A stretch of 64,000 nt of DNA, taken from NCBI GenBank assembly GCA_028820635.1, contig JAPPIG010000064.1, forward strand, positions 195,074 through 259,073. Direction: 5' to 3'. This document shows positions 8,754 through 18,893 of the stretch, in pieces (position 1 is the first letter of the stretch; each line of letters starts with the position of its first letter). The DNA comes from Candidatus Poribacteria bacterium (GTDB lineage Bacteria; Poribacteria; WGA-4E; WGA-3G). Position numbers and translations under genes: made by a program. The notes under the pieces are model-generated. The model was not told where the DNA came from and ran no database searches. It saw only the letters and a list, made by a program, of their open reading frames with translations.

Positions 8754-9746
8754 ATGGAAAAAATCTTACTCATCCGCCTCAGTTCACTCGGAGATATCGT
8801 GCTGACAACCCCAGCAATCCGAGCAATTCGCGCCTATTTTCCAAAAGCGTATATTGCGATGTTAGTTGCAAAACAATCAGCGGATGTCCTCCGACAAAAC
8901 CCACATCTCAATGAGATCATCCAATTCAATCGGCATGCTAATGATAAGGATACAGGAGAAATGCTGCGGATTATCCGTATTTTACGTCAACGGAAATTTG
9001 CACTTACATTTGACTTCCAACGTAAGTTTCGCACGGAATTGCTAATGTATTTTAGCGGTGCCTCTGAGAGGGTCGGCAAAGGGAAGTTATGTACTATACG
9101 TGTTCCTGAACAAGGGAACAAACATGCCACCGAACGCTATTTTGACCTGCTGCATGCTGCAGGAATTCCCGCTGAAAACCGTCAATTGGAGATGTTTCTC
9201 TCAAAGACTGAACGAGCAGATGCATGCTACGCTTTTGAAGAAGCAGGCGTTTCGGAAATGCAATTAAAAGTCGGACTATTCCCAGGTGCAGGATGGAAGT
9301 TGCGGGAATGGATGCCTGAACGTTTTGCATCTATCGGAGACAGGCTCGTTCAACACTTCAACGCACAAGTCATTGTTTTCGGAGGACCAAAGGAGACCGA
9401 ACTTGTAAACACAGTCACAAGTTTGATGAATGCCCCAGCCATTCCATTTGCTGGAACACTTCAGATTCGGCAGTTAGCAGCATGTATTGAAAAGTGTGAT
9501 CTGTTTCTGACAAATGACACCGGTCCAATGCACATTGCAGCTGCAATGGGAACACCTACTGTCGCTCTTTTCGGTCCCGGCAATCATATCCGATTCCAAC
9601 CTCTTGGCGATTCCCACACGACCATTCGTCATGATGTGCCGTGCAATCCATGTAAGCAGTTTACGGAAAAGTGTAAAGATAATATCTGTATGAAAAAAAT
9701 CACGGTAGATGAAGTGTGGGATTCCATCTGTCAGATTATTGGATGA
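8754..9746 (+). CDS. glycosyltransferase family 9 (ADP-heptose:LPS heptosyltransferase-like)
   Basis: N-terminus KILLIRLSSLGDIVLTTPAIRAIR and C-terminus LFLTNDTGPMHIAAAMGTPTVALFGP are GT9 hallmarks. Confidence 0.8.
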   Translation: MEKILLIRLSSLGDIVLTTPAIRAIRAYFPKAYIAMLVAKQSADVLRQNPHLNEIIQFNRHANDKDTGEMLRIIRILRQRKFALTFDFQRKFRTELLMYFSGASERVGKGKLCTIRVPEQGNKHATERYFDLLHAAGIPAENRQLEMFLSKTERADACYAFEEAGVSEMQLKVGLFPGAGWKLREWMPERFASIGDRLVQHFNAQVIVFGGPKETELVNTVTSLMNAPAIPFAGTLQIRQLAACIEKCDLFLTNDTGPMHIAAAMGTPTVALFGPGNHIRFQPLGDSHTTIRHDVPCNPCKQFTEKCKDNICMKKITVDEVWDSICQIIG

Positions 9747-9800
9747 TAATATACGCTTTTACCCGAGAAGCCAAACTTTAAACACGCTACATACATTGTG

Positions 9801-10859
9801 TTATCCACACGCAGCTTCAAAAACGCGCAAATGATTTCTACCCAAAACCTTTTGAATTGCTTCATCAGAATAACCGCGTTCGCTTAAGCCCTCTGTGATT
9901 CTGGGAAATTCGGTTGCATCTTTGAGGAGATCACCGCCACCATCAAAATCTGAACCAATGCCGACATGGTCAAGTCCAGCAACATCAATTGCGTATTCGA
10001 TGTGATTGAGCAGCTGCGCGAACGGTGGAATTTTCTTCCAACCATCTTCTGTGATAAATCCCGGTACAAAGGTTATACCTACGACGCCACCGTTTACTGC
10101 GATTGCCTTAAGTTGTTCGTTAGTTAAGTTCCGAGGATGGTTGCATAACGTCTTGCAGTTGCTATGGGAGGCGATGACAGGAGCATCAGAGATATCCAGC
10201 ACATCCCAAAATCCTCGTTCACTAATATGGGACACATCAACGAGCATTCCGAGTTTGTTCATCTCTTTTACCAACTGAACCCCAAATCTTGTTAAACCTC
10301 CACCTGTTTCGCCTTCATCGTTTCCCGTTGATGCCCATGTATTTGGGTTGTGTGTTAATCCAATTGAACGGACACCCAGCAAATAAAGAGAGCGCAGGAT
10401 ATTCAAACTTCGTTCCACTCCTTCACTATTTTCAATGGCAAGCACAGCGGCAAGTTTCCCTTCATCCTTCGCAATATGAATATCTGCTGCTTTCCGAACG
10501 ATGCAAATGTCAGAAGCATTTGCTGCTACTTCTGCATCAAACCAACCAAAAGCGTCTAATGCATAAGAGAGATGATTCTTCCATGCACGCGTTACATCAA
10601 CAGCAAAAAACGCCACATCAACCCCACCCTGCCGCATTTTTGGAATGTTGAGCTGGATACCGATAGCATCCTCTTCAGGCGGCACACGTCCACGTAGATA
10701 TGCAATAGTTCCACTGTGTTGATCAAGGTTTTTAGTATGTTCGTCTGCAAGACTGATGTTGCCACGGCGAATATGTGCAACGATAGCATCGTTGTGGGAA
10801 TCAATCACAAGAGACTGGGTGTGTAAATCAAGAATAGAAGTAGATTCTGACATTCGCAT
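9801..10859 (-). CDS. membrane dipeptidase, peptidase family M19
   Basis: DSHND, VDVSHISERGFWD, HSNCKTLCNHPRNL and GSDFDGGG motifs of renal-dipeptidase family. Confidence 0.8.
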   Translation of the reverse strand: MRMSESTSILDLHTQSLVIDSHNDAIVAHIRRGNISLADEHTKNLDQHSGTIAYLRGRVPPEEDAIGIQLNIPKMRQGGVDVAFFAVDVTRAWKNHLSYALDAFGWFDAEVAANASDICIVRKAADIHIAKDEGKLAAVLAIENSEGVERSLNILRSLYLLGVRSIGLTHNPNTWASTGNDEGETGGGLTRFGVQLVKEMNKLGMLVDVSHISERGFWDVLDISDAPVIASHSNCKTLCNHPRNLTNEQLKAIAVNGGVVGITFVPGFITEDGWKKIPPFAQLLNHIEYAIDVAGLDHVGIGSDFDGGGDLLKDATEFPRITEGLSERGYSDEAIQKVLGRNHLRVFEAACG

Positions 10860-10931
10860 ATTCCTTAATATAAATACGAAAATTGATGACTTTGTAACTC
10901 AAATTGGACTATACTTTTGAAGTTCTTTGAA

Positions 10932-12071
10932 TTAGGTTAGGTCAATACAGTAAATCTGTCGGGATCCTTCGTGGACAGAATCAAAGGTAATTGTCTTTCC
11001 ATCTGATGACCAACGCGGATGTAAATCGCACCGAATGTCTCCACTGAACTGTTCATCGTGATGGAATTCTCCAAGAACGATCTTTCGGTTTTCCGTAATA
11101 TCGTAAAGCATAAGTTCTGTTAAACGAGCAGGACCTCGTGGATAGGTATCACAAAGCAACCATTGACGGTCAGGTGAAAACGAGGCGTGTCCGTCGTTTG
11201 GTAAAACACCACGTCCGAGAGGTTTGAAATTTTGCATACCATCAGAAAACTCTACAAAACCCATCTCATCCACTATATCGGAAGATACAAGTATTTTCGT
11301 AGGTGTTTTCCAGTCAAAGTGCGAAACGCGATATCCGAATGGAATCTGCATCTCCAAATCGGTTCCATCAGGATTTACTGTCCATAGTGATGAATAAAAA
11401 CCTTTTTCGTGTCTGACACGGCAAAAAAACAGGACACGAGTTCCATCTGTATTGAAAAGGACATGGTTAAACCATGCCCGTCTGCCAACGAGTCGTTCGT
11501 CCTTACTCGTTGCAATTACATCTGCTATTGAAAGTACAAGTTTTGATGTTCCATCTTGAAGGTCAAGCAGATATAAACCATCATTTTCAGGCTGCGCCTT
11601 AATTTCAGCCGGTTCCATTTCACTGACATATCCAACAACGCTTCGACAATGTGCCATACGTTGATAGTTCAATCCTATAGCGATAGGTGCTGTTAGCGAT
11701 ACTGCCGCAATAGCACCATGAATCGTGCGTATCTCCTTTGTCTTTGGATTCAGCGCGCGCGACACAAGTTTCCCATCCTGCCAATCGTTAAAGGTAAATT
11801 CCTCGCCTATCCAATGCATCATGCTTCCTTGTTGTAGATTGAAAGCAGAGGTTTTGGCATAAGGAATAAAGTTATGTGTTTCACGGTCAACGAGTCCGAC
11901 ATTTGCAACATCCGATGTAACGGGACGATGTGCGTGAAAATCTGTTTCTAATGCAAGATGAAATTGACCTGATTTATCCCACGGGTTAATGCCGTAATAT
12001 CCGAAGAAATGATGTTTCGGAGAAACAGATAGTCTGTCTACTTTTAAGTTAAATTCAATGTAAAAAGCCAT
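10932..12071 (-). CDS. beta-propeller protein, possibly oligogalacturonide-lyase-like (PF14583-like) or TolB-like
   Basis: 379 aa. Repeated beta-strand blades and a C-terminal pattern DLHPRWSSDGKTITFDSVHEGSRQIY resembling Ogl/TolB C-terminal blades. Product assignment is tentative. Confidence 0.4.
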   Translation of the reverse strand: MAFYIEFNLKVDRLSVSPKHHFFGYYGINPWDKSGQFHLALETDFHAHRPVTSDVANVGLVDRETHNFIPYAKTSAFNLQQGSMMHWIGEEFTFNDWQDGKLVSRALNPKTKEIRTIHGAIAAVSLTAPIAIGLNYQRMAHCRSVVGYVSEMEPAEIKAQPENDGLYLLDLQDGTSKLVLSIADVIATSKDERLVGRRAWFNHVLFNTDGTRVLFFCRVRHEKGFYSSLWTVNPDGTDLEMQIPFGYRVSHFDWKTPTKILVSSDIVDEMGFVEFSDGMQNFKPLGRGVLPNDGHASFSPDRQWLLCDTYPRGPARLTELMLYDITENRKIVLGEFHHDEQFSGDIRCDLHPRWSSDGKTITFDSVHEGSRQIYCIDLT

Positions 12072-12157
12072 AAAAAGACACTCAAATTGACAATTTGAAA
12101 CAATTTTACTTTATTGTCGTTAATAATATACAACAAAAAAGGAAGGGCTTATTTTCG

Positions 12158-12892
12158 ATGAACTTTGTAGCAAAAACAGACATCGGTGCTCTTCGAGAAA
12201 GAAACGAAGATTCATACTTTGTTGACGATGAAAATCGTTTATTTGCGATCGCGGACGGTATGAGTGGACATGCACGGGGTGATATTGCGAGTCGACTTGC
12301 CCTTCAAGTCTTTGAGGAATGGGTAGCAGAAACACCTAATCCAGCAAGTGATTTAGGGCCTATCAAAAGACTCGAAATCTTACAAAACCTCGCCATTGAA
12401 GCGAATCGGCGCGTCTACGCCATGGGACAAGACTCACATCAATACCACAGGATGGGGACGACCCTTACCGCAGGCTTTGTGACGCCGAGTTATTTAGCTT
12501 ATGTCCACGTCGGTGACAGCCGGTTGTATGTCCTCCACAACGACATTCTTACACAAGTTACCATTGATGATTCATTAGTCCAAAAAATGGTTGACAAAGG
12601 TGAGATCACACCTGAAGAAGGGCGTGTCCATGCAAAACGAAACATCATTACCCAAGCTATTGGTTTGGCAGAAGAAGTTTCGCCTACAACGGATGTTTGT
12701 CCACTTTCTGCTGGTGACATCGTCCTTGCCTGCACCGATGGCTTGCACGATCTAATTACTGACGATACTGAAACTCGTGATATCATCTCTTCAGCATCTA
12801 CGCTTGAGGAAGCGAGCGAAAACCTCATCAACAAAGCACTTGCCTATGGTGGCACGGATAACGTCACTGTTTTGCTTACTTCTGTTGATTAG
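12158..12892 (+). CDS. PP2C-family Ser/Thr protein phosphatase
   Basis: FVAKTDIGALRERNEDSYFV and AIADGMSGHARGDIAS are PPM/Stp1-like motifs. Likely start ATG at 12158, preceded by RBS AAGGAAGG; the ORF-track start at 12095 is probably upstream read-through. Confidence 0.8.
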   Translation: MNFVAKTDIGALRERNEDSYFVDDENRLFAIADGMSGHARGDIASRLALQVFEEWVAETPNPASDLGPIKRLEILQNLAIEANRRVYAMGQDSHQYHRMGTTLTAGFVTPSYLAYVHVGDSRLYVLHNDILTQVTIDDSLVQKMVDKGEITPEEGRVHAKRNIITQAIGLAEEVSPTTDVCPLSAGDIVLACTDGLHDLITDDTETRDIISSASTLEEASENLINKALAYGGTDNVTVLLTSVD

Positions 12893-12945
12893 TTAATCGG
12901 ATAAATTCAACTGAGTAAGAAAACCTGCCTAACAAATCCCTTTCC

Positions 12946-13395
12946 TTAGGATTGATCTTCCCCATCTGCTGAAACAAGCCCCAACACCATTTCATCCTCA
13001 TCATATTCTTCTGGTTCTTCTAATAAAGGAATTCCGTCCATTTCCGGTAGTTCAACATGTGGTGCTTCTGCCCATAAACGCTCCAGACTATAATAGGAAC
13101 GTCTCTCATCTAAAAAGATATGAACTACAAAATCAACATAGTCTAACAATATCCAATCCGCTTTTTGCGATCCTTCCCGATGCCAAGGTTGCTGATCCCA
13201 ATTTTCTTCAAGTTCTTCTAAAACTGCTTCTGAAATACCATCAACTTGCACATCGGAAATACCGCTGAAAATCGCGAAATAGTCGGTGAAACAATCTAAT
13301 TCGCGAAGGTCGAGAATCACAGGATTCTGTGCGCGTCGACTCACAGCCGCTGATGCAGCTGCTTTTACAATTTCTAACGTATTATTTGTTGCCAT
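12946..13395 (-). CDS. rsfS: ribosome silencing factor RsfS (Iojap family) with acidic C-terminal extension
   Basis: ILDLRELDCFTDYFAIFSGISDVQVDGISEAV matches the RsfS core. Positioned after yqeK as in the conserved nadD-yqeK-rsfS cluster. Confidence 0.8.
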   Translation of the reverse strand: MATNNTLEIVKAAASAAVSRRAQNPVILDLRELDCFTDYFAIFSGISDVQVDGISEAVLEELEENWDQQPWHREGSQKADWILLDYVDFVVHIFLDERRSYYSLERLWAEAPHVELPEMDGIPLLEEPEEYDEDEMVLGLVSADGEDQS

Positions 13396-13514
13396 CAGAT
13401 GATCTCCTAACAGAATGAGGGCGTTTATGAATCGCGTTGCAATAGTATCGGTTATTGCATGTGATTTGAGGGCGACTTAGGTATTTGGCGTGGGCTAAAA
13501 TACCTCTTTGAGAC

Positions 13515-14162
13515 TTAGAATGTAGTATTCACCAATGTGCTATTGTAAGTAAGGATAGTATTCGGATGAATAATCCATCCTTTCTGCAGAAGAAAATCAA
13601 TTTTATAATGGGCGACGTTATGGACCGCCTGATCTAATTCCATTTCAGCTAATTTCCTTACCTGCGCAGCTTCTTTGTATTCTCGTGTCGGTTCTGCAAA
13701 ATCTGCAACATATATCAATTTTGCTATTAACCCCATTGATGCGTTGCCCGTTGTGTGGTTCCGGATCGCTTCAAGAATTTCTAAGTCAGTAATTTCAAAT
13801 AATTCAATAGCGCACTTTACTCCGACAATCGCGTGTAACAACGCAGGCATTATCTTCTCAATTGGGTCAAGTTCTATTTCGTGATGGGCTACCGCAGTGT
13901 ATAACTGATCGTCACTCATCCATTTTGCCACATCATGCAAAAGCGCCGCTAAATTGGTTTTCCAAACATCAGCATTATGACGTAGTGCTAACGTTACTGC
14001 TGTTTCCTGAACAGAAAACACATGATCAAGACGTTCTGGAGTAAGTTTTTCCGAAAGGTAACGTTGAATTTCTATTGACTTTGGGTGTTCTCTGAGTTCT
14101 ATTAATGTAGAAAACGATAATTCCGATTTACTGTTTACTGAAAAAATTTTTCTTTCCGTCAT
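13515..14162 (-). CDS. yqeK: HD-domain hydrolase YqeK (bis(5'-nucleosyl)-tetraphosphatase family)
   Basis: HD motif LLHDVAK and conserved position downstream of nadD. Confidence 0.7.
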   Translation of the reverse strand: MTERKIFSVNSKSELSFSTLIELREHPKSIEIQRYLSEKLTPERLDHVFSVQETAVTLALRHNADVWKTNLAALLHDVAKWMSDDQLYTAVAHHEIELDPIEKIMPALLHAIVGVKCAIELFEITDLEILEAIRNHTTGNASMGLIAKLIYVADFAEPTREYKEAAQVRKLAEMELDQAVHNVAHYKIDFLLQKGWIIHPNTILTYNSTLVNTTF

Positions 14163-14176
14163 GTTTAGCTTCCAAA

Positions 14177-14434
14177 CTATTCAGATTTTACATCATCTCC
14201 AAGTAGTTTTGCCAGTGTCTCTTCCTGAAATTCAGCAAAAATTTCTCGTTCGATTTCTGTTAAATTTTCTGCTTTTGGCAACGGTGTGCTGATACGGTAT
14301 TCCTCGTTGAGCCATTTACCTAAATCTATTGATTTACATCGTTTACTACAGAACGGAAAATTTGGAGGCAAGGGTGCGCCTTTTTCATAAATAAATTCAT
14401 AAGCAGTTCCGCAGAGACTACATTTCAATTTCAT
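14177..14434 (-). CDS. yacG: zinc-binding DNA gyrase inhibitor YacG-like protein
   Basis: 85 aa with the cysteine pattern CSLCG...FCSKRCKSIDLGKWLNEEYRI, typical of YacG. Confidence 0.55.
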   Translation of the reverse strand: MKLKCSLCGTAYEFIYEKGAPLPPNFPFCSKRCKSIDLGKWLNEEYRISTPLPKAENLTEIEREIFAEFQEETLAKLLGDDVKSE

Positions 14435-14529
14435 ATTAACTCCTTTGCAAACTTCATTTGAACTGTAAGGTGCGGATTTTGTGCTACGTATTTTCCAGAT
14501 AACACACTATAAAGAATATCTAAACACTT

Positions 14530-15111
14530 TTATTGATATAACTGATGCTGCTCAATATAAGTAACAACTGCTTCAGGAACAAGGTACCGGATAGAGACAT
14601 TATTCCGAATACGTTCACGAATCTCGGTTGCCGAAGTATCAAACCCGGTTATCCGAAAAGTTATAACGCTTTTACGAACCTCAAGAGGGACACGTTCCAA
14701 GTCGTAATTGGGACGCGTTGTAGCAATCATGGTACACTGCTTCAGCACTTCGTCAAAATCTTTCCAAATTTTGTACTCAATCAACGAATCCGCGCCGATT
14801 ATCCAAGCCAATTCTGTTGTTTCATCGTAAACGTGTCGTAACGTTTTTATCGTTTGAATCGTGTATGAGGGACCGGCACGATCCAATTCAATCCGAGATA
14901 CCTCAAAATATGGGTTGCCTGCTGTTGCTAATAACACCATTTGATATCTATGTTCAGCAGAAACCATATCCGGTTGTGCTTTGTGAGGCGGCCGTGCTGC
15001 GGGGACAAAAACTATTTTATCGTAGCCTAAACCCTCACGCACCTGCTCGGCACTCAGCAAATGCGCGTAGTGAATCGGGTTAAAAGACCCACCCATGATA
15101 GCGATTTTCAT
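14530..15111 (-). CDS. nadD: nicotinate-nucleotide adenylyltransferase
   Basis: MKIAIMGGSFNPIHYAHL contains the (H/T)xGH nucleotidyltransferase motif. Confidence 0.9.
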   Translation of the reverse strand: MKIAIMGGSFNPIHYAHLLSAEQVREGLGYDKIVFVPAARPPHKAQPDMVSAEHRYQMVLLATAGNPYFEVSRIELDRAGPSYTIQTIKTLRHVYDETTELAWIIGADSLIEYKIWKDFDEVLKQCTMIATTRPNYDLERVPLEVRKSVITFRITGFDTSATEIRERIRNNVSIRYLVPEAVVTYIEQHQLYQ

Positions 15112-15504
15112 CTGTCTCTTTTTCGCTCGCTGCCCAAGAAGATTTACAAATCATCCTTCACAATTATTAATTGGGTGTGTCTCAAAATAGACACACATGA
15201 ACAGATAAATACGATCTGTAACTATATTATCTAATTTTCAATTATACTAATTTACGTGATAAAAATCAAGACAAATTCTTTAGGTGGAGTATGTAAATCA
15301 AATCTCAAAGCCTGCTTCCAATAGTAGACGGTAAGCACTCTTCTCAATAATTTCGTTTTCCCAACATCTTAATCTCATAATCATTCTACTCGTCAATTTA
15401 GACAAAATACTTCCGATAATTAGAAACTGATTGATCTAATAGACACCTTAGAAATTGGCACAATTCTTGCATTAATTCTATTAATGTAAGAATGAGGCAA
15501 TCGA

Positions 15505-16479
15505 ATGTCTGAAACGCATATACCAGTTTTACGCAATGAAGTACTTGAATTTCTCAAACCGAAACCGACAGGTATTTACGTAGATGCGACAATCGGATTA
15601 GGTGGACACAGTCTCTGGATTCTAAAAGAATCTCATCCCACTGGTCACCTAATCGGAATTGACTTGGATGCAAGCGCATTGGCTATTGCGAAAAAAAGGC
15701 TACACGCATTTAAAGAACGAATCAGTTTGATCCATGGTAGCTTCGCACAACTTCAGCAATTATTGGAAACACATGGAATCAACGAAGTTGATGGTGTTTT
15801 GTTGGATCTTGGCGTGTCCTCGTTACAACTGGATACACCAGACAGAGGATTCAGTTTCCAAAATTTAGGCCCTTTAGATATGCGGATGGATGAACGAACG
15901 CCCATATCAGCAGCACAGATCATCAACAATAGTACGCCGGACAAATTGATTAAAATATTCAAAGAATATGGCGAGGAACGTTATGCGAAACGGATCGTCC
16001 GAAACATCGTTGCGGCACGATCAGAAAGACCGATAACATCAACATTACAACTTGCAGAAATCGTTGTGAATGCATATTCCACCAAAGCCAAACGTTCAAA
16101 AACACATGCACAAAACAGACAAAAAGAAAGAGAAATTCACCCTGCCACCCGCGTTTTTCAGGCATTGCGGATTGCAGTCAATGCCGAACTTGATAATCTT
16201 ACACTTGGATTAAACGCTGCTGTAACTCTCTTGAAACCGGGTAAATGTCTTTGCGTTATCAGTTTTCATTCACTCGAAGATCGTATAGTAAAAAGACAAT
16301 TTCAGCAGTTGGCAAAAACTTGTATTTGCCCACCGAAAACACCTATTTGTATTTGTGAACATCAGCAAGTATTGCAGGTGGTAACAAACAAACCTGTCTT
16401 ACCGTCGACAAGCGAAATTGAAGCAAATCCACGGGCACGTAGTGCAAAATTACGGGTAGCAGTCAAAGTAAAAAATTGA
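15505..16479 (+). CDS. rsmH: 16S rRNA (cytosine1402-N4)-methyltransferase RsmH (MraW)
   Basis: HIPVLRNEVLEFLKP...YVDATIGLGGHS; first gene of the dcw cluster. Confidence 0.9.
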   Translation: MSETHIPVLRNEVLEFLKPKPTGIYVDATIGLGGHSLWILKESHPTGHLIGIDLDASALAIAKKRLHAFKERISLIHGSFAQLQQLLETHGINEVDGVLLDLGVSSLQLDTPDRGFSFQNLGPLDMRMDERTPISAAQIINNSTPDKLIKIFKEYGEERYAKRIVRNIVAARSERPITSTLQLAEIVVNAYSTKAKRSKTHAQNRQKEREIHPATRVFQALRIAVNAELDNLTLGLNAAVTLLKPGKCLCVISFHSLEDRIVKRQFQQLAKTCICPPKTPICICEHQQVLQVVTNKPVLPSTSEIEANPRARSAKLRVAVKVKN

Positions 16480-16528
16480 TACGTTAAAAAGATGTATCAA
16501 AATTTAAAATTTATCGTATACATTAATA

Positions 16529-16852
16529 ATGAGGAATCCAAATACTTACTCTACGCTGTTTGAAGAAAAAACGAAGCCCAAACCGAAAGTCGCAATGTTT
16601 CTTGTTTATGTTGTTTTAGGATTGTCTTTATGCGTATTTGGGGCAAGCGTTTGGTTTTCGTCTTATGCGAAAAAGGTTTACATCCGACGCAGACCTGTCC
16701 TTGAAACGGAGGCGGGTAAAATTCAAAACGAAATTCACAAACTTGAATTAGAAGTGAACACGTTAACTGATATTGAAAGGGTCCGTTCACTCATTAAAGA
16801 ATTAAGATTGGTTGAACCTACAAAAAAAACGATTGAACTTCAAGATAGGTAG
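16529..16852 (+). CDS. ftsL: cell division protein FtsL-like (single TM plus coiled coil)
   Basis: 107 aa, one TM helix, C-terminal coiled coil. Sits between rsmH and ftsI. Confidence 0.6.
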   Translation: MRNPNTYSTLFEEKTKPKPKVAMFLVYVVLGLSLCVFGASVWFSSYAKKVYIRRRPVLETEAGKIQNEIHKLELEVNTLTDIERVRSLIKELRLVEPTKKTIELQDR

Positions 16853-16967
16853 TTTGAATATACCAAAAGTTAGAAACGTATTTCCTTATCAGCAAGATTA
16901 AAGCAACGGATAACATAACACAGAATTATAAATTTTCCATAGTATTGCAGAAAGACACAACAAGATT

Positions 16968-18893
16968 ATGAAAAAAAATGGTTCTCTTTCAATTCGTCGA
17001 CTCGTTGTTACGCTAATCGTCTTACAATTAGGCTTTTTGGTATTGATAGGCAAACTTTTTATGCTTCAATATCCGGATGAAGATACGTCTCGGAAAGATT
17101 GGCGTTATCGGGGAAAGAACGAGGTTAAACGGGGCAAAATTCTGGACCGACACGGGAGTGTGTTTGGTATTAGCCAAGATCAACTTGCGGTTTCTGCAGA
17201 CCCCAAGACCTTTAACAGAAAATCTAACGCGCACATTGTCGCAACCGAATTAGCCCCTTTATTAGATACTTCCAAATCAGAGTTATTAGCGCAGCTGAAA
17301 CGGAAGCGGAACGGAGAGTACGTTGAATTCGTTTGGCTTAAAAAAGGAATTGATTATGACAAGTTAGATGCAATCCGCAACATCGCCAAAAAACACAGAG
17401 GACTCAAAATTGAAATTGAACCGAATCGAGTTTATCCGAAAAAGACGCTTGCATCACAGGTCATTGGTTACCTGAATGATTTAAATGCAGGGGAAGGAAT
17501 TGAATATCAATATCACACGTACCTTCAAAATTTACATTCACCCCAACCGCAGAGAAGAGACGAGGGGGCATCTGTTTTGCTCCAAGCACAATCAATTCCC
17601 GAAACACTTGGAAAAAATGGGTGTAACGTTGTCCTAACACTTGATCAGGTAATTCAAGATATCACCGAAAAAGAACTGGCACAAGGATGTAAAGATTGGA
17701 ACGCCCCGAAGGGGACTGCCATTGTCCTCGCTGTAGAAACTTCAGAGATATTAGCGATGGCAAGTTATCCTACTTATGACATTAATGACCAGACAAACGC
17801 GGATGAAGAAGCAAAACGCAACCTCGGAATTTGGTATGTGTTTGAACCGGGTTCTATTTTCAAAATTATCGCTTCCTCGGCAGTGTTGAACGAAGGCATC
17901 ATGACACCTGAATCGACGGTCTTCTGTCATAACGGGCGTTACCGCATTGGTAAGCGACGCGTTGTAAAGGACGTTTCTGCAAAAGGGTATTTATCGCTTG
18001 AACAAGTAATACAGAAATCAAGCAATATCGGAATGATAAAAATTGTCCAAAAGTTAACACCTGAACGTTTGGAAGCGTATGTAGATAAATTCGGCTTTGG
18101 AAAGAAGACTGGTGTAGATCTGCCGTATGAACAGGAAGGCAACTTGTATGCATTGCGGCGGTGGAATGTGAACTCCCTTGCTGCTATTCCTTTTGGGCAG
18201 GGAATTTCTGTTACACCTCTCCAGATGGTGAATGCTTTAGCTGTCATTGCTAATGGTGGTATTCTACACCGACCCTATATTACTAAGGAAATCCGAGACG
18301 CACGCGGAAACCTTATCAAGAAAAATCATCCGACTGAAATTCGACGTGTCTTGCGACCAGAAATTGCCCAACAGATGACAGATATTCTTGTCGGCGTGGT
18401 TGAAAAGGGAAGTGGCAGGAGAGCGAAAATAGACGGTGTAAGTATCGCTGGTAAAACCGGAACAGCGCAGAAAGCTGAAAGGGGTAAAGGCTATGCTGCT
18501 GGTAAAGAGGTAATGTCCTTTATGGGATTTCTTCCCGCTGACGCACCTAAAATTGCCATTATTGTCACATTGGATGAACCCACCGGTGAAAGATTTAGTG
18601 GTCGTATCGCAGCGCCTGTTTTCAAACGGATTGCCGAGCAAACCCTTAAATATATTGAACAAACACATTTTTTCGACTCAGCACCAAGGCGAAGAAGTAC
18701 ACCTGACCGTAAATTTGTTGATGGAAACAGGACAACTACGCGGATTGCCAACACACATTCGTCAAATCAAACGCCTCACAAAACGACTACTTCTCTCACC
18801 AAAAAGGGAAACATAGATCAATCCAGTAATTCAGAAATAAAAAACACACCAATCCCTGATGACACTTTAGTGAGGAAGGGAGAGGGGTTATGA
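16968..18893 (+). CDS. ftsI: peptidoglycan D,D-transpeptidase FtsI (PBP3-like) with low-complexity C-terminal tail
   Basis: N-terminal TM, SxxK (SIFK), SSN (KSSNIG), KTG (AGKTGTA). C-terminal ~90 aa is a Ser/Thr/Arg/Lys-rich tail. Confidence 0.85.
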   Translation: MKKNGSLSIRRLVVTLIVLQLGFLVLIGKLFMLQYPDEDTSRKDWRYRGKNEVKRGKILDRHGSVFGISQDQLAVSADPKTFNRKSNAHIVATELAPLLDTSKSELLAQLKRKRNGEYVEFVWLKKGIDYDKLDAIRNIAKKHRGLKIEIEPNRVYPKKTLASQVIGYLNDLNAGEGIEYQYHTYLQNLHSPQPQRRDEGASVLLQAQSIPETLGKNGCNVVLTLDQVIQDITEKELAQGCKDWNAPKGTAIVLAVETSEILAMASYPTYDINDQTNADEEAKRNLGIWYVFEPGSIFKIIASSAVLNEGIMTPESTVFCHNGRYRIGKRRVVKDVSAKGYLSLEQVIQKSSNIGMIKIVQKLTPERLEAYVDKFGFGKKTGVDLPYEQEGNLYALRRWNVNSLAAIPFGQGISVTPLQMVNALAVIANGGILHRPYITKEIRDARGNLIKKNHPTEIRRVLRPEIAQQMTDILVGVVEKGSGRRAKIDGVSIAGKTGTAQKAERGKGYAAGKEVMSFMGFLPADAPKIAIIVTLDEPTGERFSGRIAAPVFKRIAEQTLKYIEQTHFFDSAPRRRSTPDRKFVDGNRTTTRIANTHSSNQTPHKTTTSLTKKGNIDQSSNSEIKNTPIPDDTLVRKGEGL

